From the NCBI GenBank assembly GCA_965205975.1, contig OZ242195.1, forward strand, positions 128,001 to 192,000: a stretch of 64,000 nt of DNA. Direction: 5' to 3'. Both the position numbers and the translations under genes were made by a program. This DNA is from Candidatus Latescibacterota bacterium (GTDB lineage: Bacteria; Latescibacterota; UBA2968). The notes below the pieces were generated by a model. It saw nothing but the letters and a program-made list of their open reading frames with translations. It had not been told where the DNA came from and did not search any database. Below, piece by piece: positions 10,683-19,610 of the stretch (position 1 is the first letter of the stretch; every line of letters begins with the position of its first letter).

Positions 10683-10873
10683 GGCTGTTTCCTTTCACTG
10701 TTGGTGTTTTTGCCATTTTAATCGCTGCCCAATATATGCAGACCGGGTGCGACATGCCATAAAAAATCTATCGCCAATAGCGCGGTCTAAATAGCTTTTG
10801 AGAAGCTATACTCTTGCATATATTTAAGAATGACAAAAGGCAATCACTACCTGGCGTACCGGGAGGCTCTGCT

Positions 10874-11974
10874 ATGACTTGTTGGAAAATTCTCGTTGTT
10901 ATCCTGTTGATCGCACCATCTCTGTTTGCTCAGGAGCAAGCTGAAAATCGCTTCCAGAGCGCGGCGGAGCGTTTTTTTGCGCGCAATGACAAAAATAAAG
11001 ACGGCAAATTGTCGCGGGAGGAATTTCCCGAACGACAGCGTCGCCTGTTTGAGCGAATTGACACAGATAAAGATGGTTTTGTCACACTTGAAGAAGATAT
11101 TTTTTATCGTACTAATAGACGGAGGAATACCGTGAATATTCCAGAAGGTGTAAATGTCCACCGAGACCTGATCTACGGACGGGTTGGGGAGAGAGAACTT
11201 CCCCTTGATCTCTATCTTCCGCCCGATACATCATCTCCTGTGCCCGTGGTGATATGGGTTCACGGGGGTGGGTGGCGTGGGGGATCCAAAGGCAATGGCG
11301 GGCGGGCGCTCAATATGACCAGGCGCGGATTTGCCGTTGTTGATGTGGAATATCGACTCAGCGGCGAAGCCCTTTTTCCAGCGCAAATCGAAGACTGCAA
11401 AACAGCTGTGCGCTGGGTGAGAGCCAATGCAAAAAAATACAATCTCGACCCTGACCGCATCGGCGCGTGGGGATCGTCTGCTGGGGGGCATCTCGTGGCG
11501 ATGATGGGTTTAACGCATGATGAAGGCGTATTTGAGACGGAGGATCACAGTCAGCATTCAAGCGCGGTGCAGGTGGTGTGCAACTGGTTTGGTCCTACGG
11601 ATTTTTTGCGTATGAATGATTTTGAAGGCCGAATTGATCACGACGCAGCCGATTCCCCCGAGTCCAGATTAATTGGTGGTCCCATCCAGGAAAATGTGGA
11701 GAAAGTCGTTGCGGCCAATCCCATTACTTATGTCAGCAAAAATGACCCGCCTATGCTCATCCTGCACGGAGAAAAAGATCTGTCGGTTCCGTATAACCAG
11801 AGTGAGTTGCTCTATGCTGCGATGCAAAAAGCGGGTTTGGATGTCACGCTTTACAAGGTCGTCAATGCCGGTCACGGCTTTGGCAATGCAGATAGCACAG
11901 CATCGCTGGTTGAAATGTCCGTTCAGTTTTTAGAAAAACATCTCAATTCTCAAACTGATGCCGCGTCGCCATAA
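10874..11974 (+). CDS. Secreted alpha/beta hydrolase (HSL-like esterase) with N-terminal EF-hand pair
   Basis: Signal peptide (…SLFA), EF-hands DKNKDGKLSREE and DTDKDGFVTLEE, HGGGW, GSSAGG, HGEKD, GHG; ATG 10874 after GGAGG. Confidence 0.9.
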   Translation: MTCWKILVVILLIAPSLFAQEQAENRFQSAAERFFARNDKNKDGKLSREEFPERQRRLFERIDTDKDGFVTLEEDIFYRTNRRRNTVNIPEGVNVHRDLIYGRVGERELPLDLYLPPDTSSPVPVVIWVHGGGWRGGSKGNGGRALNMTRRGFAVVDVEYRLSGEALFPAQIEDCKTAVRWVRANAKKYNLDPDRIGAWGSSAGGHLVAMMGLTHDEGVFETEDHSQHSSAVQVVCNWFGPTDFLRMNDFEGRIDHDAADSPESRLIGGPIQENVEKVVAANPITYVSKNDPPMLILHGEKDLSVPYNQSELLYAAMQKAGLDVTLYKVVNAGHGFGNADSTASLVEMSVQFLEKHLNSQTDAASP

Positions 11975-11990
11975 GAGTATCATGTGAATG

Positions 11991-12031
11991 AAAAAGCCCT
12001 GGAGATCGAGTTCTCCAGGGCTTTTGTTTTT
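11991..12031. terminator. Bidirectional intrinsic terminator
   Basis: AAAAGCCCTGGAGA-loop-TCTCCAGGGCTTTT hairpin with A/T tracts between convergent genes. Confidence 0.85.
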
Positions 12032-12058
12032 AGAAGTGATAATTCATACCGGAGCAAA

Positions 12059-12664
12059 TCAACGAAACTCCAAACTCGCCACAATTTGTTCATATTCGGT
12101 TAGTGGATAGCCTGCATCCCGGCTGCCATTGCCGATCATGTAATACCCCACCTGATTGTGGATGGCTATAGCTACCAGAAATCGGGTGCCGGGATAATCT
12201 CGATTGGATCTTTCCAGTTGAGAATAGCGAAATTCCCACTGAATCGCCTCGCCTACATTGAGCTGGATGCGCTGTTTTTCGTCGATAACGCGATATTGAT
12301 CAAATGCCCGCATTAGATATTGTTCTTCAAATTCCTGAACGATCTGATCCACTGTCATTGTGGCGAAGCGATCTGGTAGTGCTTGTGGGTACAAGTGCAT
12401 TTGCGGACGAAAGTCACTTGTAATCCCAGGGCTGAGAATGCGTACAGTTACAGGTGATAAACCATTGATATCTCTTTGTGATGTAAGGGTTGATACATCG
12501 ATACCCCACTGGTCGCTGGGACGACTGACTCGAAATCCCCATGAGTTGTTGGTATAAACAAGCCCGTCTAAACTGGGTTCAGGCTCTGTAGGGATTGGTT
12601 TACACCCAGAAGTTGCCAACAGGCTACACAGCGCGAAAGCGCAAAATATTCGGGCGCATATCAT
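12059..12664 (-). CDS. Putative lipoprotein (PsbP/Mog1-like fold possible)
   Basis: Lipobox-like LATSGC; 'YTNNSWGFRVSRP..W' and C-terminal 'YEQIVASLEF' resemble PsbP-like proteins. Confidence 0.6.
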   Translation of the reverse strand: MICARIFCAFALCSLLATSGCKPIPTEPEPSLDGLVYTNNSWGFRVSRPSDQWGIDVSTLTSQRDINGLSPVTVRILSPGITSDFRPQMHLYPQALPDRFATMTVDQIVQEFEEQYLMRAFDQYRVIDEKQRIQLNVGEAIQWEFRYSQLERSNRDYPGTRFLVAIAIHNQVGYYMIGNGSRDAGYPLTEYEQIVASLEFR

Positions 12665-12706
12665 GTCGATCTCCTCACTGATTAATCGCGAAAATGGACA
12701 AGTACT

Positions 12707-15610
12707 TTATTTGACGCCAGATGGCCTGGCAGTGTTCCTATCGCGTTGGAACAATTCCGGATGCAGGCGATAAAATGTCGATTCCACTTGATTCAGACCA
12801 TTGGCCTGTACCACAAAATGGCCATCGATTACTATAACTGGCAATATTGCTGGTATTATGCCGAGTGCTTGAGCAGTGGCAAATACTTCTGCCTTATTGT
12901 CTCTACCGATAGCTGCAATGCCCATCTGTTTTAAGCAATTTTCCACAGAAGATGTGTCGGAAGATGCCTTCTGCTTGTGGCAGAAAAGGAGATCAACTAT
13001 TCGCTCGGGTGCGACCTGTTGTGCCTGCCGAAATAGTGCGTTTTGTTTGTTATTGCCTACAAAATGCAGGCGCAAGCGTTCGGGGTCCTCGACTTTTTTT
13101 ATCCATTGCAAAAGGCGTTCCACTCTTTTTAGTGATTCGGATATGCTCACATCTAAGAACAGGTCCATACCCTCTATATCCCGCCCCTGAAAAATCCGAG
13201 TAATTGGCGTCATCTGCACAGTTGGCACAAAATGATCGCCAATGCGCTGTACGATATGCGAAAGGCGATTAAAACGGGCTGTTTGTTCAAATTTGCTATC
13301 CAGCACATAAGCTGGCACCCGATCCAGTTTATAATGTGCAATCAGGTTCTGTCCCATCTCGCTGTTCACATCCACGGTTTGAAACTCAGTACCGGGAAAG
13401 AGCGATAGTGTAGATCGAATAAACGAATAGGTATCACATACTGTACAGGTCGCGTCGTTGAGAATGGTCGTTTGAAAAGAGATGGGGTCGCGCACTTCGC
13501 ATTGCGCGTGGGGCGTTCCGCCATTTAAGCACAGGCCAACTTTGCCCGGATGTACACAATCCCGGTCGCTCAGACACTCGGGAACATCGGCGCAAAAAGG
13601 TAAATTTTTGCTATTGCGACATATCAGTTGCGCCACCTCCTGAGGAGAGGTTCTGACATCGCGCCCATTTACGCGCAATGTGGGCGATGCGTTAATTCCC
13701 AGCAGATTGGCTCGGCGAATATTTTCGGCAAATAGCGTTTCGCCCGCATCGCTTTCGGACAATTCGGCAATTTTGTCTGCGTCCATGTTTACCTCTTTTG
13801 CACAAGCGCGCCAATCGGTTGCAATGCCCGATTTATTGCGACACAAAATATAATCCCAGAACCGGTCGGGATAAAGCGACATTACCACGGTCTGCCGAAT
13901 GCCTTCGGCTATTTCTCTATCGCCGTGCAAACTGCGAAAGCGGCCCGATCCCGTCGAGGTCGTTGCTTTACATCCTGGCTCTGTTGTCTGTGTCGTGCGT
14001 GCGGCAGGGGTAGGCGATGCGACATCCTTTGCGCTCGCTTCATCTGCGATAAAATACAGATGAAAGTCGATTTGATCCTTCACTTTGCGAAACAGAGGGG
14101 CAAGGGTTTGTTCTGCATGTATGCCATAGGGACAATCTGCCATCACAAATAGCTCGACGAGAGGGCGACCATTTTGGCTATGTTCTGTTTCACCAGGCCC
14201 TGTGTCCGATTTAGTTATTGCGTGAGAAGAACCGTGTCCCTTGTGATTCACTTCTGCCAGCATATCGGCAAATCGGGTGTCAAAGTCGGGCGTCTGGTTT
14301 GCATCGTGACAGCGCTGGCACAAATCGGGAGATGGCGTGCGGCGAATATTGCGGACTTCGGGACGCCGTGCGTGTTGTTCTCCCGGCCCGTGGCACACTT
14401 CGCACTGTACATTTGTAAGTCGTTTGACATCTTTGCCAATTCGGAATCCCGTGGGATATCCAAATCCCGTGGTATGACAGGTTACACAGTCGGGCTGATA
14501 GTGTTTTTGTTTTTGCAACAAGCGATTAAATGCATTCGCATGATGTGACTGTTCCCAGTCCGCAACCTCGGCAGCATGGCATCCTTTACACGTCTCCCCC
14601 CCCACATATCTATTGGTGCCCTGACGCACCTGATCTTCCAGGGCAAAACCCGCAAATCTCGGTCGCGCCGTCTGCTGCAATGCCGAATTTTTTTGAACCA
14701 GATTGTAGAATTCATCCACGAGCCGTTTCACTGTGCGGTCTTCGCCAATGGATTCCGAGAGCAATATAGAGGTGATTTGTTCTGTTGTCACCCGTCCATT
14801 TTCTACGGTCAAGATAGCCTGCCCAATTGCCTTGCCCTGAGGCTGGATGCCCAACAGTAGAGTATTGCCAACCCGATGGGTTGTTTCAGTTGACCGCGCG
14901 CTGATCACAATATCTATATCGGCGATATGTTGTACGAGGTCGCGTTCTGCCTCTCGATCCAAATCGCTCAATACGACTATGAGATCGGTCTTTTGACGCA
15001 CAGATGCGACCGCTTCCCGGATGCCATCGAGGTTAACATCTATGCCATCGGGCATATTTATGTGTGAGCCCCCCATTGCCATACCGTGTACTTCAATCTC
15101 CCGTTCACCTGCCACACCTATAATACCTACGCGCACATCACCTGTATCCAAAATTTTCACGGGCGCACCCATTTGCACGCCATTTATCTTCAAGTTTGCA
15201 CTTACAAAAGGGACGCCACCCGAATCGCGCATGGTCTCAAAGAACGCTTGTCCAAACCGCAATTCTCCCACACCGACATTGGCAGCGTCGTAATGTATGG
15301 CTTTCATGGCTTTCAAATGTATTTTACAACGCAATTGGTCCAATACGGTATCGCCCGCAAATAAACCGCCAGCATCTAATAACAGGGCATTGGGATGCGA
15401 TTGCTTTAAGTCATTTACCATTGTTGCGCGCCGCGCAATGCCGCCGAGCTGATTGTCCGCGCAGCCACACACTTCCAGGAAGCTCTGAGTGTCTCCCGTG
15501 TAAAGCAATACCACCTCTGCCGCTCTACTTTGCCCGATGAGACTAAAGACAGCTAATAGGAGACACAAAACGAAGGTTGATTTTTCACATCTGTGTCTAT
15601 CTGCGTTCAT
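12707..15610 (-). CDS. Secreted multidomain redox protein: UshA-like (CGC) domain + tetraheme cytochrome c (c554-like) + DsbA/thioredoxin-like domains
   Basis: Signal peptide ending QSRA; EVCGC..QLGGIARRAT; four CxxCH (CKGCH, CVTCH, CEVCH, CQRCH); VELFVMADCPYG...SLHG; CTVC. The track start at 15667 lies inside a terminator hairpin, so ATG 15610 is preferred. Confidence 0.85.
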   Translation of the reverse strand: MNADRHRCEKSTFVLCLLLAVFSLIGQSRAAEVVLLYTGDTQSFLEVCGCADNQLGGIARRATMVNDLKQSHPNALLLDAGGLFAGDTVLDQLRCKIHLKAMKAIHYDAANVGVGELRFGQAFFETMRDSGGVPFVSANLKINGVQMGAPVKILDTGDVRVGIIGVAGEREIEVHGMAMGGSHINMPDGIDVNLDGIREAVASVRQKTDLIVVLSDLDREAERDLVQHIADIDIVISARSTETTHRVGNTLLLGIQPQGKAIGQAILTVENGRVTTEQITSILLSESIGEDRTVKRLVDEFYNLVQKNSALQQTARPRFAGFALEDQVRQGTNRYVGGETCKGCHAAEVADWEQSHHANAFNRLLQKQKHYQPDCVTCHTTGFGYPTGFRIGKDVKRLTNVQCEVCHGPGEQHARRPEVRNIRRTPSPDLCQRCHDANQTPDFDTRFADMLAEVNHKGHGSSHAITKSDTGPGETEHSQNGRPLVELFVMADCPYGIHAEQTLAPLFRKVKDQIDFHLYFIADEASAKDVASPTPAARTTQTTEPGCKATTSTGSGRFRSLHGDREIAEGIRQTVVMSLYPDRFWDYILCRNKSGIATDWRACAKEVNMDADKIAELSESDAGETLFAENIRRANLLGINASPTLRVNGRDVRTSPQEVAQLICRNSKNLPFCADVPECLSDRDCVHPGKVGLCLNGGTPHAQCEVRDPISFQTTILNDATCTVCDTYSFIRSTLSLFPGTEFQTVDVNSEMGQNLIAHYKLDRVPAYVLDSKFEQTARFNRLSHIVQRIGDHFVPTVQMTPITRIFQGRDIEGMDLFLDVSISESLKRVERLLQWIKKVEDPERLRLHFVGNNKQNALFRQAQQVAPERIVDLLFCHKQKASSDTSSVENCLKQMGIAAIGRDNKAEVFATAQALGIIPAILPVIVIDGHFVVQANGLNQVESTFYRLHPELFQRDRNTARPSGVK

Positions 15611-15644
15611 CTGCGGATGCTTTCTGTTTTCTGAATTTTGTCTG

Positions 15645-15675
15645 TAAAAAAAGGCCCGATATTTCATCGGGCCTT
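15645..15675 (-). terminator. Intrinsic terminator downstream of lepB
   Basis: Minus strand AAGGCCCGAT-GAAAT-ATCGGGCCTT followed by a T run. Confidence 0.75.
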
Positions 15676-15694
15676 ATAAATACCATTTTTTGGG

Positions 15695-16360
15695 TTATTC
15701 TAATAAGCCCAACCTGCTCCAACGAATTTTTTCAAAAATATTCCACAGAGGCTTTTGACTATCCCAGGAATAATAAATAAATAATGGGTGTGCTTTTACT
15801 TTCTCCATGGAGACCATCCCCCAAAATCGGCTGTCATAACTGCTGTCGCGATTGTCTCCCATTACAAAAATGTGTCCCGGTGGCACCGTGCGAGGTCCGT
15901 AGTTGTCGCGCGGGCTATGCTGTTTGTGTTCTACTCTGGGGTCTTCGTGCTTAACGCCTTCTGGATTTTCAAATCGCTTTCCATCTACATATACAATTTT
16001 GTTTTTGATTTCCACTGTTTGCCCTTCAACCGCAATACACCGCTTGATAAAATCTCGCGACTCATCCCGGGGGAATTCAAAAATCACCAGATCTCCCGGT
16101 TGAGGGGTTGAAAATCCCGGTACGCGAAATGAGGGCAATTTGGTATTCAGTATGGGCACGCGGTCGGGTATTTGCGTGCCAAAGGTCAGTTTATCGCCCA
16201 GTACGTAATCGCCTTCTAATAGCGTATCTTCCATCGAGCCCGAGGGAATGTGATACGCTTGCACCAGCGTTCCCCGGATCAAAATGGCTAAAAATATAGC
16301 GATTCCAAATTCTCGCAGCATGCTCCGTTTGCGCTTTTTTTTGATATTTCTTTTTAGCAT
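15695..16360 (-). CDS. lepB: Signal peptidase I
   Basis: IPSGSMEDTL (Ser), FIKRC (Lys), FVMGDNRDSSYDSRFWG. Confidence 0.96.
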   Translation of the reverse strand: MLKRNIKKKRKRSMLREFGIAIFLAILIRGTLVQAYHIPSGSMEDTLLEGDYVLGDKLTFGTQIPDRVPILNTKLPSFRVPGFSTPQPGDLVIFEFPRDESRDFIKRCIAVEGQTVEIKNKIVYVDGKRFENPEGVKHEDPRVEHKQHSPRDNYGPRTVPPGHIFVMGDNRDSSYDSRFWGMVSMEKVKAHPLFIYYSWDSQKPLWNIFEKIRWSRLGLLE

Positions 16361-16380
16361 AGGCCTTCCATTGTGAATTG

Positions 16381-16489
16381 AGTTGTTAGTAGTCAGTAGT
16401 CAGTTACCCCCTCTTCCTCTGCACGCGCAGCACAACGAGGTAACGCGGGGTCGGGTGGTTGGGACTGGCAACTGGCAACCGACAACTGA
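16381..16489. repeat. Inverted arrays of degenerate heptamer repeats (STRR-like intergenic element)
   Basis: AGTTGTT-AGTAGTC-AGTAGTC-AGTT at 16381 faces ACTGGCA-ACTGGCA-ACCGACA-ACTGA at ~16464. Confidence 0.6.
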
Positions 16490-16498
16490 TCGCTTTCT

Positions 16499-17476
16499 TT
16501 AACGATTTTGTGAAAAATAAGTTCGCTCGGGTTGGCCCGTTTCAGCAGATTTGTTTGCCGCGAGTGAAATATCGAGGCTACGCAAACCGTCTTCAAAGTC
16601 AGACAAGATTCCCGATCCATCTCCCGAACGAATTGCAGCCATAAATACTTCATCAATATCTTCCGATTCAAACATTTCGCCGACCTCAGCCGCACCGCCT
16701 GGAAATACAGTTACACCATTTCCATCGACGGTCGCTCGCATATCGCGCATGATGATATCAATGCCATTTGAGCCGCCGCCATTGCGGAGAACGCAGGTAG
16801 AACTCAGCGTGCCCACAGCACCATTTTCAAATTGGAGCGATAGAGCATATACATCGGGGATATCGAGATTTTCGACATCGTTCAATGCGCGGGTGGCATA
16901 ATACGCGTGTACTTCTGCAACATCGCCCACGAGGTAACGCAATAAGTCGATCTGGTGCGTGGTCTGTTCGACAATTTGCCCGCCCGACTGCGCCATGACG
17001 CGCCACCACGGCGTGCCAGGCAACCCGCCCCAGCGATAGGCCAGGGCCATGGCGACGGGCTTGTCTTTCAAAAATTCACGCCCTTGTTTTGCCCATCCCG
17101 TATATCGCTGTTGATAGCCGACAGAGGTCAGTACACCTGATTTTTGAACGGCTTGCAGAATTTCCAATCCCTTTTCCATTGACGGCACTACGGGTTTTTC
17201 CAATAACATGTGTACGCCCTGTTGCGCCGCCAAGATCTCTGCATCATAATGTGCAAATGTCGGCACGACCACATACATCGCGGTCAAATTTTCACTGTCC
17301 AGCATCACGCGATAGTCGGTGTAAGCCGTACCACCAAATTCTGAAGTTGCGCTTTGCGCCGTTTCTTCTTTTATGTCGCAAATTGCAACGATATCGACAT
17401 CTTCTATATTGGCTAACGCGCGCATATGAGACCGCGCACGTCCACCAGCACCCACAAAACCCACATTAATGCCCAT
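16499..17476 (-). CDS. Gfo/Idh/MocA family oxidoreductase
   Basis: GFVGAGG, LLEKP, VGYQQRY, GGQIVEQTTHQIDL. Confidence 0.94.
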   Translation of the reverse strand: MGINVGFVGAGGRARSHMRALANIEDVDIVAICDIKEETAQSATSEFGGTAYTDYRVMLDSENLTAMYVVVPTFAHYDAEILAAQQGVHMLLEKPVVPSMEKGLEILQAVQKSGVLTSVGYQQRYTGWAKQGREFLKDKPVAMALAYRWGGLPGTPWWRVMAQSGGQIVEQTTHQIDLLRYLVGDVAEVHAYYATRALNDVENLDIPDVYALSLQFENGAVGTLSSTCVLRNGGGSNGIDIIMRDMRATVDGNGVTVFPGGAAEVGEMFESEDIDEVFMAAIRSGDGSGILSDFEDGLRSLDISLAANKSAETGQPERTYFSQNR

Positions 17477-17495
17477 TTATATCCTCCATTCAAAA

Positions 17496-17563
17496 GGTGA
17501 GAGGTAAAAGGTAAGACGTAAGAGGTCCTCCCAACCATACACCAATAGGAACACCTCACACCT
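17496..17563. repeat. Degenerate heptamer tandem repeat with partial inverted copy
   Basis: AGGTGAG-AGGTAAA-AGGTAAG-ACGTAAG-AGGT, then ACCTCACACCTT. Confidence 0.55.
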
Positions 17564-17648
17564 TGTATTCTCTCGTTCAAAAATAGACTGCATGACGGAA
17601 CGTGTCAAGAGGTACGCCCATTATTAAGCTGTGTTGTGACAAATTGTA

Positions 17649-19394
17649 TTATTTTTTTACCACTGGACCTGTAGGCGCTTCCTTGCTGTACAATGTACTG
17701 CCTCGCTCGTAAGACGAGACGACTGAACCGTCGGCAATTTCCAATCTGGGTACGTTTTTTTCGAATACATCGCGGTCGGGTCCGCGCATGACTGCCATCT
17801 GTTCGTCGGTCATGCCCGAGACGAGATCGCCCCACCGTTTTTCTGGATGGGTCAATTCTCCTCCGCTGCGATTGAAATTGCGCGATGAGTATTTGTGCAA
17901 AATTCCCCGCCGCGAGATGTCGCTTTTCCACGCCAATGTGCCATGTGTGGTGCCTCCGTCCATGAAGAAGAGCACATCGCCCGCTTTCATTTCGACGTGT
18001 TTGACCAATCCCATGTGGTCATCGCAGGTGCGCACGCCCGGGGGGAGTGAATAATACGCTTTGTGCGATCCCGGCACACACGCAAACCCACCGTCGGCTT
18101 CGGTCACGTCGCGCAATTGCCATGTCACAGTTACGGCTTCGCAATAGCTTCGCCCATTTTGATAGATATATCCGCGCCCTGGATTGAGTGGCTCATTGGA
18201 GTCGTGCAGGGAATGGCCCGATGTGCCTTTGACCGCACAAAATGCCGTTCCTCCGCCCGTGCGACCACCACTGGCACCCATCCAGTTTAGCCGATGTTCA
18301 ACGGCCGGATGGGCGAGCATTCTTCGAAATGGGTCACAATGGGGACCGGGCAACTGAGTCAGTCCACTTAACAGGGGTCTGCCCGTGCCCGCGAGGCTTT
18401 TTGACCCGCGTGCGAGTTCGTCGCCAACGACGATTCGATCTTCAAATTTGTCAATGGCGGCATTGGCCTGTGTCAGCCATTCACCATCCATGATCCCGCG
18501 CAGTACCAGGTACCCGTTTAAGTCCCAAAAGTAAAATTCTTTTTCGTCAATGCCCGAATTTGGATTTTTAATCAGGTAAGATGGGTGAAAAATTTCGCGG
18601 GATTCGTCCAATGTGATTGTCTCGCCATCTGTTTTCAAAGTCGGTGGCGGCGTTGTATTGCGATATCCGGGGCGATATAGTGATGCGCGCTGTTCAGGTG
18701 TTAGTTCTGCCATTGAGTCGGATACTGGCATTTTATCTGATTCAGGGCTAGGTCCCGCAGAACGGATCACACCGCGGCCTACATATTCGTAGGATAGTAA
18801 GCGTTGCAGTCCCTCGCCTTGCCACGGACGCATGCCCTGTACTACGCTCAGGCCAACGATGAGCATATCGCCCGCTTTTAATTCGGGTTGAAAAAGATAA
18901 TCCGAGTCATCTACACCGGTCAATATATCTTCTGGTGTTTCCACATTTGACTTGTGTGTACACGGTACGAATACAAATCCGCCGTCGCCAGCTTTTACGT
19001 CCGAGAGTGCCCAGATTACGCGCACGCCTTCGCAAAATCTTCGACCGTTCTGGTAATAATATGCGAGTGCGGGATCTCGCGGCTCATTGCCACCTGCCAG
19101 GGGGGCAGAGGTGTCACAGGTTTCGTTACACAGAATTTCGGGGGCGCGGTCGAGCCTGAAACCGTGTCCCACAATTTGATTCAGATACCACACGAGTTGG
19201 GGATGGATCAACAAATCGCGGAATGGCTCGCGCAAATCATCTTCCCATCCGAGCATGCCCTCGAGCGATCCCGCCCGATCAATCGCATCGTTCAACCGCG
19301 CGACTTCGGGACGGGTCAGGACCCCCGATATATGCAAATAGCCCGTTAAATCAAAGGCGTAATTCTCTTCGTTTGTCATCGTTTCCCGGTCCAT
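17649..19394 (-). CDS. Tandem two-domain PhyH-family protein
   Basis: Two homologous halves (Y.FDL.GYL; DGGF..VP..HK; KAGD). Confidence 0.85.
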   Translation of the reverse strand: MDRETMTNEENYAFDLTGYLHISGVLTRPEVARLNDAIDRAGSLEGMLGWEDDLREPFRDLLIHPQLVWYLNQIVGHGFRLDRAPEILCNETCDTSAPLAGGNEPRDPALAYYYQNGRRFCEGVRVIWALSDVKAGDGGFVFVPCTHKSNVETPEDILTGVDDSDYLFQPELKAGDMLIVGLSVVQGMRPWQGEGLQRLLSYEYVGRGVIRSAGPSPESDKMPVSDSMAELTPEQRASLYRPGYRNTTPPPTLKTDGETITLDESREIFHPSYLIKNPNSGIDEKEFYFWDLNGYLVLRGIMDGEWLTQANAAIDKFEDRIVVGDELARGSKSLAGTGRPLLSGLTQLPGPHCDPFRRMLAHPAVEHRLNWMGASGGRTGGGTAFCAVKGTSGHSLHDSNEPLNPGRGYIYQNGRSYCEAVTVTWQLRDVTEADGGFACVPGSHKAYYSLPPGVRTCDDHMGLVKHVEMKAGDVLFFMDGGTTHGTLAWKSDISRRGILHKYSSRNFNRSGGELTHPEKRWGDLVSGMTDEQMAVMRGPDRDVFEKNVPRLEIADGSVVSSYERGSTLYSKEAPTGPVVKK

Positions 19395-19610
19395 GTCAGC
19401 CTCCTTGACCTCGATTTACCTGTTTGCCTGCCGGTATGCAGGCATGAATGTGGCGGTTTATTCATGAAATGTTCAAATTGATGCAAAAAACAAGTATAAA
19501 ATGAAACCCCTCTTGACCGATTGCTTGACGCATCCTCAAAACTATCTATACAAAAAAACTGCCCATATAAATAGAAATGGGCAGTTTGATGATTCATTCT
19601 GAAGTACAGT

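Noticed and set aside
15461..15469. Possible selenocysteine in the CGC motif
   Set aside because: Codons are TGT GGC TGC with no in-frame TGA, so this copy is the Cys form
15611..15667. ORF-track start of the 986-aa protein
   Set aside because: The ATG lies in the loop of the lepB terminator and the extension is not signal-peptide-like
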